This document shows positions 1 through 9,568 of a DNA stretch of 64,000 bases, piece by piece. Source of the DNA: Chloroflexota bacterium. Lineage in GTDB: Bacteria > Chloroflexota > UBA11872. Below the pieces are notes generated by a model. The model had not been told where the DNA came from. It did not search any database and saw only the letters and a program-made list of their open reading frames with translations. A program made the position numbers and the translations under genes. The DNA lies in contig OZ244802.1 in assembly GCA_965220135.1 (NCBI GenBank), forward strand, positions 2,532,239-2,596,238. Reading direction: 5' to 3'. Position 1 is the stretch's first letter, and each line of letters starts with the position of its first letter.

Positions 1-163
1 CGGCCGCTTCGCACTCGTGCAGCAAGGCTCGCGGCGGGTTGGCCACCAGGTCCCGCGTCTCGGGATCGACGATCAGGTATTCCTCCTCGACCCCGATCGT
101 GAAGTCCGGCAGCCCGTCAATGAAAGCCGTCACGCGCGCATCCTTCGAAATCGGCCGGGCCAT
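1..163 (-). CDS. carboxylate-amine ligase (YbdK / glutamate-cysteine ligase family 2), 5' end only; gene runs off the window start
   Basis: Minus-strand translation from ATG at 161-163 reads MARPISKDARVTAFIDGLPDFTIGVEEEYLIVDPETRDLVANP... This is the conserved N-terminal EEYxxVDPxTR motif of GCS2-family proteins. Not in the ORF track because it is truncated by the window edge. Confidence 0.5.
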   Translation of the reverse strand, partial: MARPISKDARVTAFIDGLPDFTIGVEEEYLIVDPETRDLVANPPRALLHECEAA

Positions 164-199
164 GCTACGCGGCCGCGATTAACTGGTGGGAATCTCGAG

Positions 200-215
200 T
201 GTTTCACGTGAAGAA
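200..215. promoter_or_regulatory. parS: parS-like centromere site (TGTTTCACGTGAAGAA, 14/16 match to the TGTTNCACGTGAAACA consensus)
   Basis: The palindromic left arm TGTTTCAC matches consensus perfectly. The right arm has 2 mismatches. The site is intergenic and about 10 kb from parB and oriC. Confidence 0.4.
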
Positions 216-267
216 TAGGGGCCTCCCCGCCTAGCCGCTCGCATGCCTTCGCGGGTACGCTGCGCGC

Positions 268-1269
268 ATGATCAAGATTGGCTTGCGTCTCGTCGACCTC
301 TCGAACGACCACCTGCAATACGCGGCGCAGATCGGCGTGGACGGCGGCACCCTGCGCACCGACGAACTGCCGGGCGTGGCCGAAACGGGTCAGGTCGACG
401 CCGCCGGGCTGCGCGACCTGCTGCAGCGCCTGGATACCCTGAACCTCGAACTGGCCGGCATGGAGCTGCGCCGCGCCCGCATCGCCGGCGTCCTGCGCGG
501 CGATCCCGAGGGCGACGGCGAGATCGACGACCTCTGCGAGACGATCCGCGTCCTCGGCGGCGAAGGCGCCCCACTGGTGACCTGCGGCTTTGCCGTGGCT
601 CATGCCGACGAACACATCCAGGGCTGGCGCGGCTACAAGGACCTGCCGGGCGGACGCGCCGGCACGGAGCTGCGCACCTTCGACGCCGCCTGGGTCGAGG
701 AGTCCGACCTGGTGACCTGGGGCGTCGACACCGGCGACCCGGCCGTGCGCGTGCCGATTGACGAGGTCTGGCGCCGCATGGACGGCTTCATGGAGCGCGT
801 CCTGCCGGCCGCCGAATCGGCCGGCGTACGCCTGGCCTTCCATCCCAACGACCCGCCGCTGCCGCTCTACCGCGGCGTCGAGCAACCGTTCGTCAATCCG
901 GCCGGGCTCCAGCAACTGCTGGAGCGCTACGACAGCCCCAACGTCGGGCTGCTGTTCTGCCTGGGCACCATGCAGGAGACCGGCGAAGACATGCCGGCCG
1001 CGCTGCGCTCGTTTGGCGAGCAAGGCAAGCTGTTCACCATCCACTTCCGCAACGTGCGCGGCGTCATCCCGCGCTTCGAGGAAGTCTTCCAGGACGAGGG
1101 CGACTACAACGCGGCCGACCAGATGCGCACCTTGCACGAGGTCGGGTTCGACGGCTTCGTGATGCCCGACCATTACCCCGGCCTGCTGGGCGACAACGAA
1201 GCCCGCGAACGCGCCCGCGCCTGGTGCGTCGGCTACCTCCGCGCCCTCATCCAGGCCACCGCGCCATAG
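268..1269 (+). CDS. mannonate dehydratase-like protein (xylose-isomerase-like TIM barrel, UxuA family)
   Basis: 333 aa. FHPNDPP matches the hPDDPP metal-site motif of UxuA-type TIM barrels. The N-terminus MIKIGLRLVDL...QIGVDGG has the UxuA-like pattern. Strong GC3 codon bias. Confidence 0.5.
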   Translation: MIKIGLRLVDLSNDHLQYAAQIGVDGGTLRTDELPGVAETGQVDAAGLRDLLQRLDTLNLELAGMELRRARIAGVLRGDPEGDGEIDDLCETIRVLGGEGAPLVTCGFAVAHADEHIQGWRGYKDLPGGRAGTELRTFDAAWVEESDLVTWGVDTGDPAVRVPIDEVWRRMDGFMERVLPAAESAGVRLAFHPNDPPLPLYRGVEQPFVNPAGLQQLLERYDSPNVGLLFCLGTMQETGEDMPAALRSFGEQGKLFTIHFRNVRGVIPRFEEVFQDEGDYNAADQMRTLHEVGFDGFVMPDHYPGLLGDNEARERARAWCVGYLRALIQATAP

Positions 1270-1291
1270 CCGATCGCCGCCTCTGTCTCGA

Positions 1292-3130
1292 TCAGGCGGC
1301 TGGTTGACCGACCCGCTGGTAGCACGCGGGGTCCAGGTCATCGAGTAACGGCGACCGCGCGTCCGCGCAGCAGACGATCGACAGGTTGCGGCTGGACCGC
1401 GTCAGCGCCACGTAGAACTGCGCCCGTCGGCTGTCGATCGGGATGACGTCGAGCACGGGGTCAAGAAGATAGACGGACGTGAAGTCCAAGCCCTTGGCCG
1501 CATGGATTGTGGCGACCGAGACCGACGCACCGTCCGGCGGGCTGTCGCGGTCCACGGTCTGGACCGACAGGCCCGCTTGCTCCAGGGCAACCCGAGCTTC
1601 GTCTCGCCGGCGGTTCCTTCCGGCCAGCACGGCGATCTGTCCAGCTGGACGCCCTTGCCCGAGCTCTGCCTGGATCCATTCGACAATGACCTCGAGACCC
1701 TCCTGTTCCGTGACGAACCGGGCCACCCGGGGCAACGGCCCTTCGCGTTCAGCCTCGGCCATTTCGCCAATCTCGCGGCGCGTCTCGTCAACATTCGCGT
1801 ACAGCGACGCCGCCAAGGCATGAATCTGGCGGGTTGAGCGATAGGGACGGCGCAGGGTGAGCGCCTGGCGACCTCGTGGGCCGAACTCGCGCCGCGCCCA
1901 GAGAAAGCGGCCCGGGTAGAGCGACTGCGCCGGGTCGGCCAGGATCAGCAGCCGCTGCTCCGCGCCCGTTACCAGCACCTTTGCCAGTCGCGCCATGACC
2001 GGCGAACAGTCCTGACCTTCGTCCACGATCACGTCGCGGTAGCGAGGCGGATCGAGGTCGCCCGCGCGGGCGACCCGGGCGCGTTCGATCAGGTCCTCCC
2101 AACCATCGAGTGCGTCGTCGCGTCGCCGGATACGTCGATGCAACTGCCAGATCGCCTCTCGCTGCGGACGGCGTAAGCGGACCAGGCCCTGTCCTTCGGG
2201 CCGCGTCAGGTTGAGGTAAGGCGTGATCCCGTCGAACTGATTGGGGCTTAGCACGCGGTCGACTTCGTTACAGAGCACGTCGTCGGGAAGATCGCCGAGC
2301 GCGTCTCGAGAATCCGCGGGCAGTTGCTGGCGCTCCTCGGGAAGCGCCGCGCGCAGCCAGTCACCGAACATGTCGACGTTCTTTGCGACCGAGTAGTCAG
2401 CGCCACGCCGCTGGAGGTACCGCTCGGCCCAGCCATGGAAGGTGTTCACCTCGATTTGCCGCGCCACCGCCGGCTGGGCCAGCAGGTCGATCGTGCGGCG
2501 GACCGACAGCATCAATGCGCGGTTGTAGCAGAGATAGAGCACCAGCCCGCCTTCGAGATCCGGCTGCGTGGCCTGGCGCAGGGCTCGGTGGATGGCAATT
2601 GAGGTCTTGCCGGTGCCGGCGCCTGCGGTGACGAACGAGAGGCCGCGGCGATTGCTCTTGGCGGCGTCAAATTCCACGAGAAACCGCTGCTGCTCGTCCA
2701 GGGCCGAGAAGTAATGCTCGTAGCCGCGCGCTGCCAACTCGTCCAGTTCGTCCGGGTCGCCTATCGGGAAGGGTTCCTGCGACAGAACGCTTGGCGCGGG
2801 CTCGGGCCGTTCCAGGATTTCGCACCGCCTGGGGATATCTCCACGGTGCCGGTCCATCCACGCGTACGCTTCGTCGTGGTTGTCGACCCACAACACCACG
2901 ATTCGCTCGTCGGTTCGGGCGAAAATCAGTCGGTAGGCCTGCGTGATCCGCGCCGAGCGCACCTCCAAGCCGCTGGCGTATCGATGTAGCAACTCATCGT
3001 TGAGGCCACCTCGACGGTCTCTCCCACTCAGACGGCGGATGGCCTCGAGCGTCTGGTTCTCATGGCGGCCGCTGAGCCGGTTCAGCGCGCGTGGGAAGTC
3101 GTAGCCATGAAATAGAGATAGACCCGGCAT
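1292..3130 (-). CDS. UvrD/PcrA-like superfamily 1 DNA helicase with N-terminal RelE/ParE-like domain
   Basis: 612 aa. Helicase motifs present: Walker A AGAGTGKTS, motif II VIVDEGQD, motif VI VALTRSSRNL, plus a C-terminal ATIHAAKGLDFTSVYLL block. The first ~100 aa (…RITQAYRLIFARTDERIVVLWVDNHDEAYAW) resemble the RelE/ParE toxin fold signature YRxxYxxxDxxxxVxxVxHRxDxY. Confidence 0.8.
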   Translation of the reverse strand: MPGLSLFHGYDFPRALNRLSGRHENQTLEAIRRLSGRDRRGGLNDELLHRYASGLEVRSARITQAYRLIFARTDERIVVLWVDNHDEAYAWMDRHRGDIPRRCEILERPEPAPSVLSQEPFPIGDPDELDELAARGYEHYFSALDEQQRFLVEFDAAKSNRRGLSFVTAGAGTGKTSIAIHRALRQATQPDLEGGLVLYLCYNRALMLSVRRTIDLLAQPAVARQIEVNTFHGWAERYLQRRGADYSVAKNVDMFGDWLRAALPEERQQLPADSRDALGDLPDDVLCNEVDRVLSPNQFDGITPYLNLTRPEGQGLVRLRRPQREAIWQLHRRIRRRDDALDGWEDLIERARVARAGDLDPPRYRDVIVDEGQDCSPVMARLAKVLVTGAEQRLLILADPAQSLYPGRFLWARREFGPRGRQALTLRRPYRSTRQIHALAASLYANVDETRREIGEMAEAEREGPLPRVARFVTEQEGLEVIVEWIQAELGQGRPAGQIAVLAGRNRRRDEARVALEQAGLSVQTVDRDSPPDGASVSVATIHAAKGLDFTSVYLLDPVLDVIPIDSRRAQFYVALTRSSRNLSIVCCADARSPLLDDLDPACYQRVGQPAA

Positions 3131-3370
3131 GAGGCCGCCCGTCCTCTGTGCGCGTCTCTGTGAATGCGACTCGGCTGAGTCCGAGCGCCAGTCTATCGGC
3201 GGCCGGCTCTTGTCGAGACCACGCGGCCTGGCACGCCCGTCAGATCAATGGTTCCGCGGGCAAGCCGCAGTGCTGGGCGGATTCGCGGCGAGTCGAGACG
3301 GCGCTGAGTTGGAGCGTACGATCAGCGGTACCCGGGGCCTTGAGCGCTGAGATGCATAAGGACGAGCCGC

Positions 3371-4342
3371 ATGAGTGATCCGGTGAAGGTTGGATTTGTT
3401 GGGGCGGGGCACCTGGCGAGCCTGGTGCATTACCCGTCGCTGGACGAGATCGACGCAGCGGACCTGCGGGCGATTACGGAGTTGGACGAGGACAAGCTGA
3501 CCGCCACCGCGGACCAGTACGACGTGCCGGGGCGCTATACCGACTACCGTCGCATGCTGGAGCGCGAGGACCTGGACGCCGTTTACGTGGTGATGCCGCC
3601 GCACCTGCTGCACGACATCGTGATCGACTGCCTGCAGGCCGGGAAGCACGTCTTCATCGAGAAGCCGCCCGGCGTCTCGACCTACGAGACGGAAGCCTTC
3701 GCCTGGTACGCCGAGCAGCACGGCTGCCTGACCATGACCGGCTTCAACCGCCGCTTTATTCCCCTGCTGCGCCACTGCAAAGAGGTCGTTGAGGCGGCCG
3801 GCCCCATCCACATGGTCGCCGCGCGGTTCCACAAATTCGACACCTGGCCCGACCAGTACGGCTTCTACCGGGGCTCCGTCAGTCACCTGACTTCCGACAT
3901 CATTCATGCCGTCGACTCGTTGCGGTTCCTGGCCGGCGGCGAGGTGGTGGAGGTGAACGCCCACACGCGCGCGCTGGGCCGCCCCTACATAAACGTGCAT
4001 GCCGCGCTGATCGAATTCTCCACCGGCTGCTCAGGCGTGCTGCTGGCCAGCCGCCGCGCCGGCGCCCGCCGCCACACCTTTGAGATCCACGGCGGCGACG
4101 TCTCCGCCTACTGGGAGGACGGCGAGGAGGGCATGATCTATCGCGCCGACGCAAGGACTCCCGAGTTCGTGCGGGGAGCGGATCTGGTCGGCACCGACGC
4201 CCCCCATCACCGCTCCGGTTTCCTGGCGGAGAGCCGCCATTTCATGGAGAGCATCCAGGCCGGCGCCCAACCCCTCACCAACTTCGCGGAAGCCGCCAAG
4301 ACCATGCGCCTCGTCGACCAGATCGCGGCGGAGGTGCGCTAG
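3371..4342 (+). CDS. Gfo/Idh/MocA family NAD(P)-dependent oxidoreductase
   Basis: N-terminal Rossmann motif VGFVGAGHLA and EKPP motif (HVFIEKPPG) typical of the family. 323 aa. Confidence 0.85.
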   Translation: MSDPVKVGFVGAGHLASLVHYPSLDEIDAADLRAITELDEDKLTATADQYDVPGRYTDYRRMLEREDLDAVYVVMPPHLLHDIVIDCLQAGKHVFIEKPPGVSTYETEAFAWYAEQHGCLTMTGFNRRFIPLLRHCKEVVEAAGPIHMVAARFHKFDTWPDQYGFYRGSVSHLTSDIIHAVDSLRFLAGGEVVEVNAHTRALGRPYINVHAALIEFSTGCSGVLLASRRAGARRHTFEIHGGDVSAYWEDGEEGMIYRADARTPEFVRGADLVGTDAPHHRSGFLAESRHFMESIQAGAQPLTNFAEAAKTMRLVDQIAAEVR

Positions 4343-4421
4343 CCGCGGCGACTCTGTCGGGGGACGGCACCGCGCAATCAGCGGTCAGTGGACCGACGAC
4401 GGCGCAGTCTCGCGACGGTAG

Positions 4422-4658
4422 TCAGCCCCCGGTCGCGGGACCGGTCAGCTTGTCGACCGCGATCAGGACACCGGTGGCGACGCTGACCAGGAACAGCGTC
4501 CACATCATCAGCCGGATCTGGACCGTGCTAATCGCCGACGTCAACCTGATCTCAAGGTCCTTCAGGTCGGCCTTCGATGCGTAGTGGGCAAGGCTTCGGT
4601 CCAACTCCTCACGCAGCTCGGCGCGCGTCAGGGTTTCAACAGGCGCTTCGGCGGTCAT
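4422..4658 (-). CDS. hypothetical small membrane protein (coiled-coil plus C-terminal TM helix)
   Basis: 78 aa. The N-terminus has a coiled-coil-like stretch (ELREELDRSLAHYASKADLKDLEIRL) followed by one TM helix (MMWTLFLVSVATGVLIAV). Codon bias is consistent with coding. Confidence 0.4.
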   Translation of the reverse strand: MTAEAPVETLTRAELREELDRSLAHYASKADLKDLEIRLTSAISTVQIRLMMWTLFLVSVATGVLIAVDKLTGPATGG

Positions 4659-4976
4659 GCGGTTCCCCGATCAGAGAGCTTGCGTGGATGACCGCCCGTC
4701 TCGACTCAAGCCTGCGACAACTTGGGCACGGGACATCCATTCCGCGGAGCCCGCCATCTGTTCTACCCACCGGGCCCGGGGTTGTCAATTGCGCGTCAAG
4801 CCCGCACCGATCAGCCGGATGGCGCTTCCGTTCGTCGCTTGTGCGCTTGCCGTCAACGTCGCCCTGGTCAGCAGCGACGCCACGATCCACGGTGCCGGCG
4901 GCCCCGGTCCCGAGCCGAGCCCCGCCCGCCTGGGCGGTCCGCGCGCTTCACGTCCCGCTGCTCGCCGTACGCAGCC

Positions 4977-5189
4977 TCAGCCCTGCTGCAGGTACTCCAG
5001 GGCCTTGACGTAGCTGCGGCGTTGCAGGAAGTGGCGTAACTGGGCCGGGCTGTCGGGGCCGAGCGCTTGAGTCAGCCCGTCCACCTGGCGCAGCGCGGCC
5101 TGGAGTTCGGCGGCGGGAGCCGGCGGCGGGCCAATGGCCCGCAGCAGGGTCTCCAGCGCCTGCGTCAGCTCGCTTCGGTCGTCGCTCAC
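4977..5189 (-). CDS. hypothetical protein, co-directional and 6 nt downstream of osmC-like gene
   Basis: 70 aa. GTG start immediately after the OsmC stop. No recognisable domain. Confidence 0.3.
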   Translation of the reverse strand: MSDDRSELTQALETLLRAIGPPPAPAAELQAALRQVDGLTQALGPDSPAQLRHFLQRRSYVKALEYLQQG

Positions 5190-5195
5190 CGGTAA

Positions 5196-5642
5196 TCAGC
5201 CCGCCAGGGTGGCCTCGACGGAGATGTCCACGTTGCCGCGGATGGCGTTGGAGATCGGGCACCCGGCCTCGCCCTGCGCGGCCAGGTCGGCGAACCCCGC
5301 CTGGTCCAGCCCCGGGACGACGCCTTCCACGCTGAGCGAGCTGCTGCCCACCTTGAACCCGCCCGCCGGCAAGGGCTCGAACGTGACCGACGCCGACACG
5401 CGCAGTTCCTCCGGTGGATGCCCGGCCTCGGCGAGCGTGTGCGAGAACGCCATGGCGTAGCAGCTGGCGTGTGAGGCAGCCAGCAATTCCTCCGGGCTGG
5501 TCTTGCCGCCCGGCGCCTCGGTGCGGGCGGGCCAGCTGACCGGCTGCGCCGTGAGGGCGCCGCTTCCCGCGTCGAACGTCCCCGTACCTTGAAGCAAGTC
5601 TCCGCGCCAGATGACGTCGGCCCGTCGGACGATGTCGGCCAT
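5196..5642 (-). CDS. OsmC/Ohr family peroxiredoxin
   Basis: 148 aa. Conserved ...EELLAASHASCYAMAF... cysteine motif and C-terminal GCPIS motif of OsmC-family proteins. Confidence 0.8.
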   Translation of the reverse strand: MADIVRRADVIWRGDLLQGTGTFDAGSGALTAQPVSWPARTEAPGGKTSPEELLAASHASCYAMAFSHTLAEAGHPPEELRVSASVTFEPLPAGGFKVGSSSLSVEGVVPGLDQAGFADLAAQGEAGCPISNAIRGNVDISVEATLAG

Positions 5643-5830
5643 GTCCAGTCCTTTCCGTCAGGTGATCCGGTTGCTCGTGCCGCGGATTGTCGCCTCTTCC
5701 GGCATTGCGTGCCACACGCCGCTGCGCCGCAGCGGTTGCGGGTCACGCGTCCGGTACAGGTTTGGCGGCTCAATCAGCGGCGCTGGTTTGGAGGCCGATG
5801 GCTCGCTCGCTATAGTGCCTGTCCCCTGTT

Positions 5831-6526
5831 ATGGGCTTTGCCAACGCCGTCCGACAACTCCGCGAGCAGCGTCGCCTGACCAAGGCGGCGCTCGCTGCGC
5901 GTTGTGGGCTGGCGCCTTCCTATCTCTCTCGGCTGGAGAGTGGCGACTACAAGAGTCCAACCGTGGCCACTCTGGTAACGCTGGCCCGGGGCCTGGAGGT
6001 GGACCCGCGGGAACTGCTGGCGCTGGCCGGCTACGTTCCCGACGACATGGCCAACACGCGCCGGCGCTTTGCGGAAGAGACGATAGCCAGCGTGGCGGAA
6101 TCGGCCATCCGCTCGATTTCGCGCACGGTCAGCACCACGCTCAATCCCGACCACGACGACAGCGATGACGAGCAGCTCCACGTGGACCGGGGGCTCCTGG
6201 CGGAGCGGCTGCGCACGCGTCGTCGTTCCGACCGCCTGACGACTCGGCAAGTCGCGCGAAAGGCCGGCGTGCGCGTGAGCGTGATCACCGACCTCGAGGC
6301 GGGCCGAGAGCCGTCCGCCGCGATCGACCTTGCGCAGTTGGTCGCCCGAGGGTATTCGCTGACCACGTCCGAGGTTGATGACCTGCTGTTTGAGGTTGGC
6401 TTGAGCCAGTTCCTGGCCGAGGACATTGTCCTGTCGACCGAGTCGCGCCGCATGACGCTGGAATTCGCCCGCCTGGCGCGGATCCGCGACCGTCACAGCC
6501 GCCAGGGCACGGGTCTGGGCGACTAG
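5831..6526 (+). CDS. XRE-family transcriptional regulator with two helix-turn-helix domains
   Basis: Two HTH_XRE-like segments: LTKAALAARCGLAPSYLSRLESG and LTTRQVARKAGVRVSVITDLEAG. Divergent from the osmC promoter region. Confidence 0.75.
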   Translation: MGFANAVRQLREQRRLTKAALAARCGLAPSYLSRLESGDYKSPTVATLVTLARGLEVDPRELLALAGYVPDDMANTRRRFAEETIASVAESAIRSISRTVSTTLNPDHDDSDDEQLHVDRGLLAERLRTRRRSDRLTTRQVARKAGVRVSVITDLEAGREPSAAIDLAQLVARGYSLTTSEVDDLLFEVGLSQFLAEDIVLSTESRRMTLEFARLARIRDRHSRQGTGLGD

Positions 6527-6602
6527 CGCGTCGGTCCCGGGCATGCCCGGTTCGCCGGGGTGTCCGCCTGCCGGATTCGCGAAGGCCGGGTGTGGCCGCC
6601 CG

Positions 6603-8429
6603 TTAGCTGCCCACCACGACGCCGACGGCTATTGAGGTCGCGTTGTCCGAGGCCAGGCCGTCGGCCGTTGAAAATGCCGTCCAGGTTGATCCGTCAAAGC
6701 GGCCCACGCCATCGTCGGTGGCAATCCAGATGTTCCCAAGGCTGTCTTCCGCCAGACCACGGACATTGTTGGACGGCAAGCCCGCATTTAGGACGTTATC
6801 CGTTGAGAACGCCCCGTCCCGGAGCCGACTCACGCCGCCGCTGGTCGCCACCCAGACCGTTCCATCGCTGGCAACCAGGATGTCGCGGATGTTGCCGCTG
6901 CCAAGCCCCTGGCCGACTCCGAAGTGCTCCCACTGCAACGGGTTGAGAGTCCGCGACAGGCCGGCGTTGGCGGTGCCGAACCACAAGCCGCCGTCCGCAC
7001 CCACCGCGACCGCCGTGACGTTGTTGCTGGCGATTCCCGAACTGTCGATGTCGTAGATGTACCAATTCTCTGCGGCCGCGTCGTAGAGCACAGCGCCACT
7101 GTCGGTTGCAAACATCAGGCCATGCGCGGTTCCCGGAATCATGTGGACCCGGTTCACGTCTGAGGTTGGCAGATTGGAATTGTCGGACCGGAGCCTGTCC
7201 CAACTGCCGCCGTCGAACCAGCTGACGCCCTGCCGCGGGTGGACCATCCAGATGACGTCCGAGGCCTGACCGCCGGCCAGAGACGCGACGTCGTCGGAAC
7301 CGATCTGGTTGCTTGTGGTCGAGCGGTCGAAGACCGCGCCGTCCCCGTTGCGGTTCATTCGGACGAGACCCGCGTTCGTACCGGCCCAAATCCGGCCGTT
7401 CCGATCCACGAGCACGGACTGCACCCGGTTGGTGCCGAGCGCGGAGCCGTCCCTGTTGAGCTGTTGCCACGATGCGCCGTCGTAGAGAAGCACGCCGCCG
7501 TCGCTCGTACCGACCACGACGAGTTCGCCCGCGGATTGCGGCGGCGCCGGTGAGGCCGTGGTCCCAGGGCTGACGCTCGGGGTGGCCGCTGGCGTGGGCG
7601 AGGCGCCAGGCGCTGGGGTTGCCAGGGGCGTGGTGAATTCGATGATCGACGGCGTATAGGCCTGCCCCGTCGCCAATGGCACGGCGGCGCTAAAGGCGTC
7701 GAATGCCTGCCAGGCATCCGCCGGGTACTTCTGGTTCCGCAGATCGTCGCCCAGCAGCCGGAGCTTGACCGGGGCTTGCGGGTCCTGCGGATGGTGCTCC
7801 ATGACCGCCGCCTGGAAGTACTGCCGAACGAATCCGCGGGTGGCCGCCGCGATGTGCACGGTGCCCGCCGCGTTGGTGTCGAGCCTGGCTTCGGTCTTCG
7901 GGAAGCCGAAGGCCTGTACGCCGCCAAAGTCGTTGAAGAAGTCAAGGAAGCCGGTGTAAACGCCTCCAACCGAGAAGTTGGAGACCTTGTGGTTCCAAGG
8001 CCCGAGCTGCTCACCGGTGTTGTTGTTGACGGTTCCCGGTTCCACGCCCAGGTCGGGGCTGCCTCCCTGGCCGCCGCCGAAGTAGTCCCAGGTGAGCCGG
8101 CGCTCAAGCACATAGATGCCGCCAAGGTCGGGGCGTCGGTGGAAGTCAACGACGCCGCGTTGGAAGTACTGGGTGAGCGTGCCGGGCTCCTCGACGTGGA
8201 CTTCGGACGTCGGGAAGCCCCAGCGCTGAAGCCCGCCGGTGCGGTCGAAGAACTCCTGAAAGTCGGCCGTGAGCGTCTCGGTGCCCACCGTCACGCTCAG
8301 CCGCGGGACGTTGTGCTGAAGCGCCGAGTTACCGGGCGCGCTGAGGAAGGTGCTGTCGAGGACCGTAATCGGCCCGAAGCCGGAGGTGACCTGCGCGGTG
8401 AGGGCTGCGGGGCCAAGGGTCAGGGCCAC
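6603..8429 (-). CDS. secreted protein with N-terminal LGFP-like repeats and C-terminal two-component-regulator-propeller (Reg_prop-like) repeats
   Basis: 608 aa. LGFP-like units: WGFPTSEVHVEEPGTLTQYFQRGVV and FGFPKTEARLD...RQYFQAAVMEHH. Multiple ~25-aa repeats follow, e.g. GGLWFGTANAGLSR, GTVWVATSGGVSRL and GNIWIATDDGVGRFDG. A PT-rich linker lies between the two regions. An in-frame hydrophobic segment RVRVTLGIAAITLLVALTLG lies upstream of the first GTG, so the start is uncertain. Confidence 0.7.
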   Translation of the reverse strand: MALTLGPAALTAQVTSGFGPITVLDSTFLSAPGNSALQHNVPRLSVTVGTETLTADFQEFFDRTGGLQRWGFPTSEVHVEEPGTLTQYFQRGVVDFHRRPDLGGIYVLERRLTWDYFGGGQGGSPDLGVEPGTVNNNTGEQLGPWNHKVSNFSVGGVYTGFLDFFNDFGGVQAFGFPKTEARLDTNAAGTVHIAAATRGFVRQYFQAAVMEHHPQDPQAPVKLRLLGDDLRNQKYPADAWQAFDAFSAAVPLATGQAYTPSIIEFTTPLATPAPGASPTPAATPSVSPGTTASPAPPQSAGELVVVGTSDGGVLLYDGASWQQLNRDGSALGTNRVQSVLVDRNGRIWAGTNAGLVRMNRNGDGAVFDRSTTSNQIGSDDVASLAGGQASDVIWMVHPRQGVSWFDGGSWDRLRSDNSNLPTSDVNRVHMIPGTAHGLMFATDSGAVLYDAAAENWYIYDIDSSGIASNNVTAVAVGADGGLWFGTANAGLSRTLNPLQWEHFGVGQGLGSGNIRDILVASDGTVWVATSGGVSRLRDGAFSTDNVLNAGLPSNNVRGLAEDSLGNIWIATDDGVGRFDGSTWTAFSTADGLASDNATSIAVGVVVGS

Positions 8430-8604
8430 CAGCAGCGTGATGGCCGCTATTCCGAGCGTGACGCGTACGCGGGTCAGGTCCGCGAACCTTCCTTCGTCGC
8501 TTGGGACGGTGACGCCTCTGCCGTACCGGACCTACGGTACGCCGCGTCCGCGCCGCCTCAACCAATCCGGATTATATGTATTGCCTCGCGCCGCGCCAGC
8601 CCCG

Positions 8605-8862
8605 CTAGCCCAGCGCCAGCCCAACAGCGACCACGACCAGCGTCAGCCCGATGCCCAAGCCCAGGCTGATGGTCAGGTCCCGGCGCAGATGCGGCAGCGT
8701 CGGCAGGCGCACGGCGGTACGCGCCGACGAGGTGTGCGGGAGCGTCGTCTCCGGCGCCGCCGGCGTCTGGCCCTCGGTTGTGACCGCAGGCCTGGACCGA
8801 CGGGCCACGCGGCGGATCGGGGCGCGGCGTCGACGCCGGGTCGACCGCCGACGGTTAGCCAT
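8605..8862 (-). CDS. hypothetical Arg-rich small membrane protein, translationally coupled to rhomboid gene
   Basis: The ATG overlaps the rhomboid stop (aATGaATGgctaa) and has a GGAGGA Shine-Dalgarno 7 nt upstream. 85 aa with a C-terminal TM helix (ISLGLGIGLTLVVVAVGLALG). Confidence 0.45.
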   Translation of the reverse strand: MANRRRSTRRRRRAPIRRVARRSRPAVTTEGQTPAAPETTLPHTSSARTAVRLPTLPHLRRDLTISLGLGIGLTLVVVAVGLALG

Positions 8863-9559
8863 TCATTCCTCCCAGCCGGTCCTTGTCGCCGTGCCGTGGC
8901 GCGGTCGCGCGGATGCCAGCTTTATCGTGCGTGTCCTTGCTGCGCCGTCGTCGAATCTCCCAGCGCACCAGCAGCCCCGCCATGATGCCGGTTGCGAAGC
9001 CCGCCAGGTGAGCTTGCCACGCAATGTTCGAGTCAAGAAAGGACGGCGGCTGGGTCAGCACACCGATGAGCTGCACCGATAGCCAGAGACCACCGGCCAG
9101 CAAGCCGGCCCATCCGCCGACCGTTACGACGCCGATCAACCCGGCCACGCCAGCGCTGGCGCCAATGGTGGGGATGAGGGATGCGCTGTTCATCAACGCG
9201 TGGAAGGTTCCGCCAACCGCGACGGCCGCCGCCCAGACGATGCCAAAGCGCCACGAGCCAATCGCCCGCTCGACCATCGTGCCGAGCACGGCGATGAATG
9301 CCAGGTTAACCGCGAGGTGACCCAGGTCGCCGTGCAGAAACGACGACGTGAAGAGCGTCAACGCGTAAGGGGTTGGCGAACCGTGGATCGCGTAGCCCCG
9401 GCTATCAAGGAGTACGGCGGGCAGCAGGCCGAAGCGCCAGGCCCATTCTTGCCCGGCCGGTCCCTGCGCGACCTGGAGGCCGTAGATCGCCAGGTTGGCC
9501 AGCAGCAATGCGCCGGCGACAGGGCTCGGTAGCCCGAGGCTACGGCGCCAGCGCAGCAC
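8855..9559 (-). CDS. rhomboid family intramembrane serine protease
   Basis: Motifs FLHGDLGHLAVNL and GASAGV (catalytic Ser) and AHLAGF (catalytic His). Multi-TM. 234 aa. Confidence 0.85.
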   Translation of the reverse strand: MLRWRRSLGLPSPVAGALLLANLAIYGLQVAQGPAGQEWAWRFGLLPAVLLDSRGYAIHGSPTPYALTLFTSSFLHGDLGHLAVNLAFIAVLGTMVERAIGSWRFGIVWAAAVAVGGTFHALMNSASLIPTIGASAGVAGLIGVVTVGGWAGLLAGGLWLSVQLIGVLTQPPSFLDSNIAWQAHLAGFATGIMAGLLVRWEIRRRRSKDTHDKAGIRATAPRHGDKDRLGGMNG

Positions 9560-9568
9560 TCGACCAAC

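Noticed and set aside
130-1341. 403-aa ORF on the minus strand
   Set aside because: It lies antisense to the well-supported UxuA-like gene and has Arg/Ala/Gly-rich composition. This is a typical shadow ORF of high-GC DNA.
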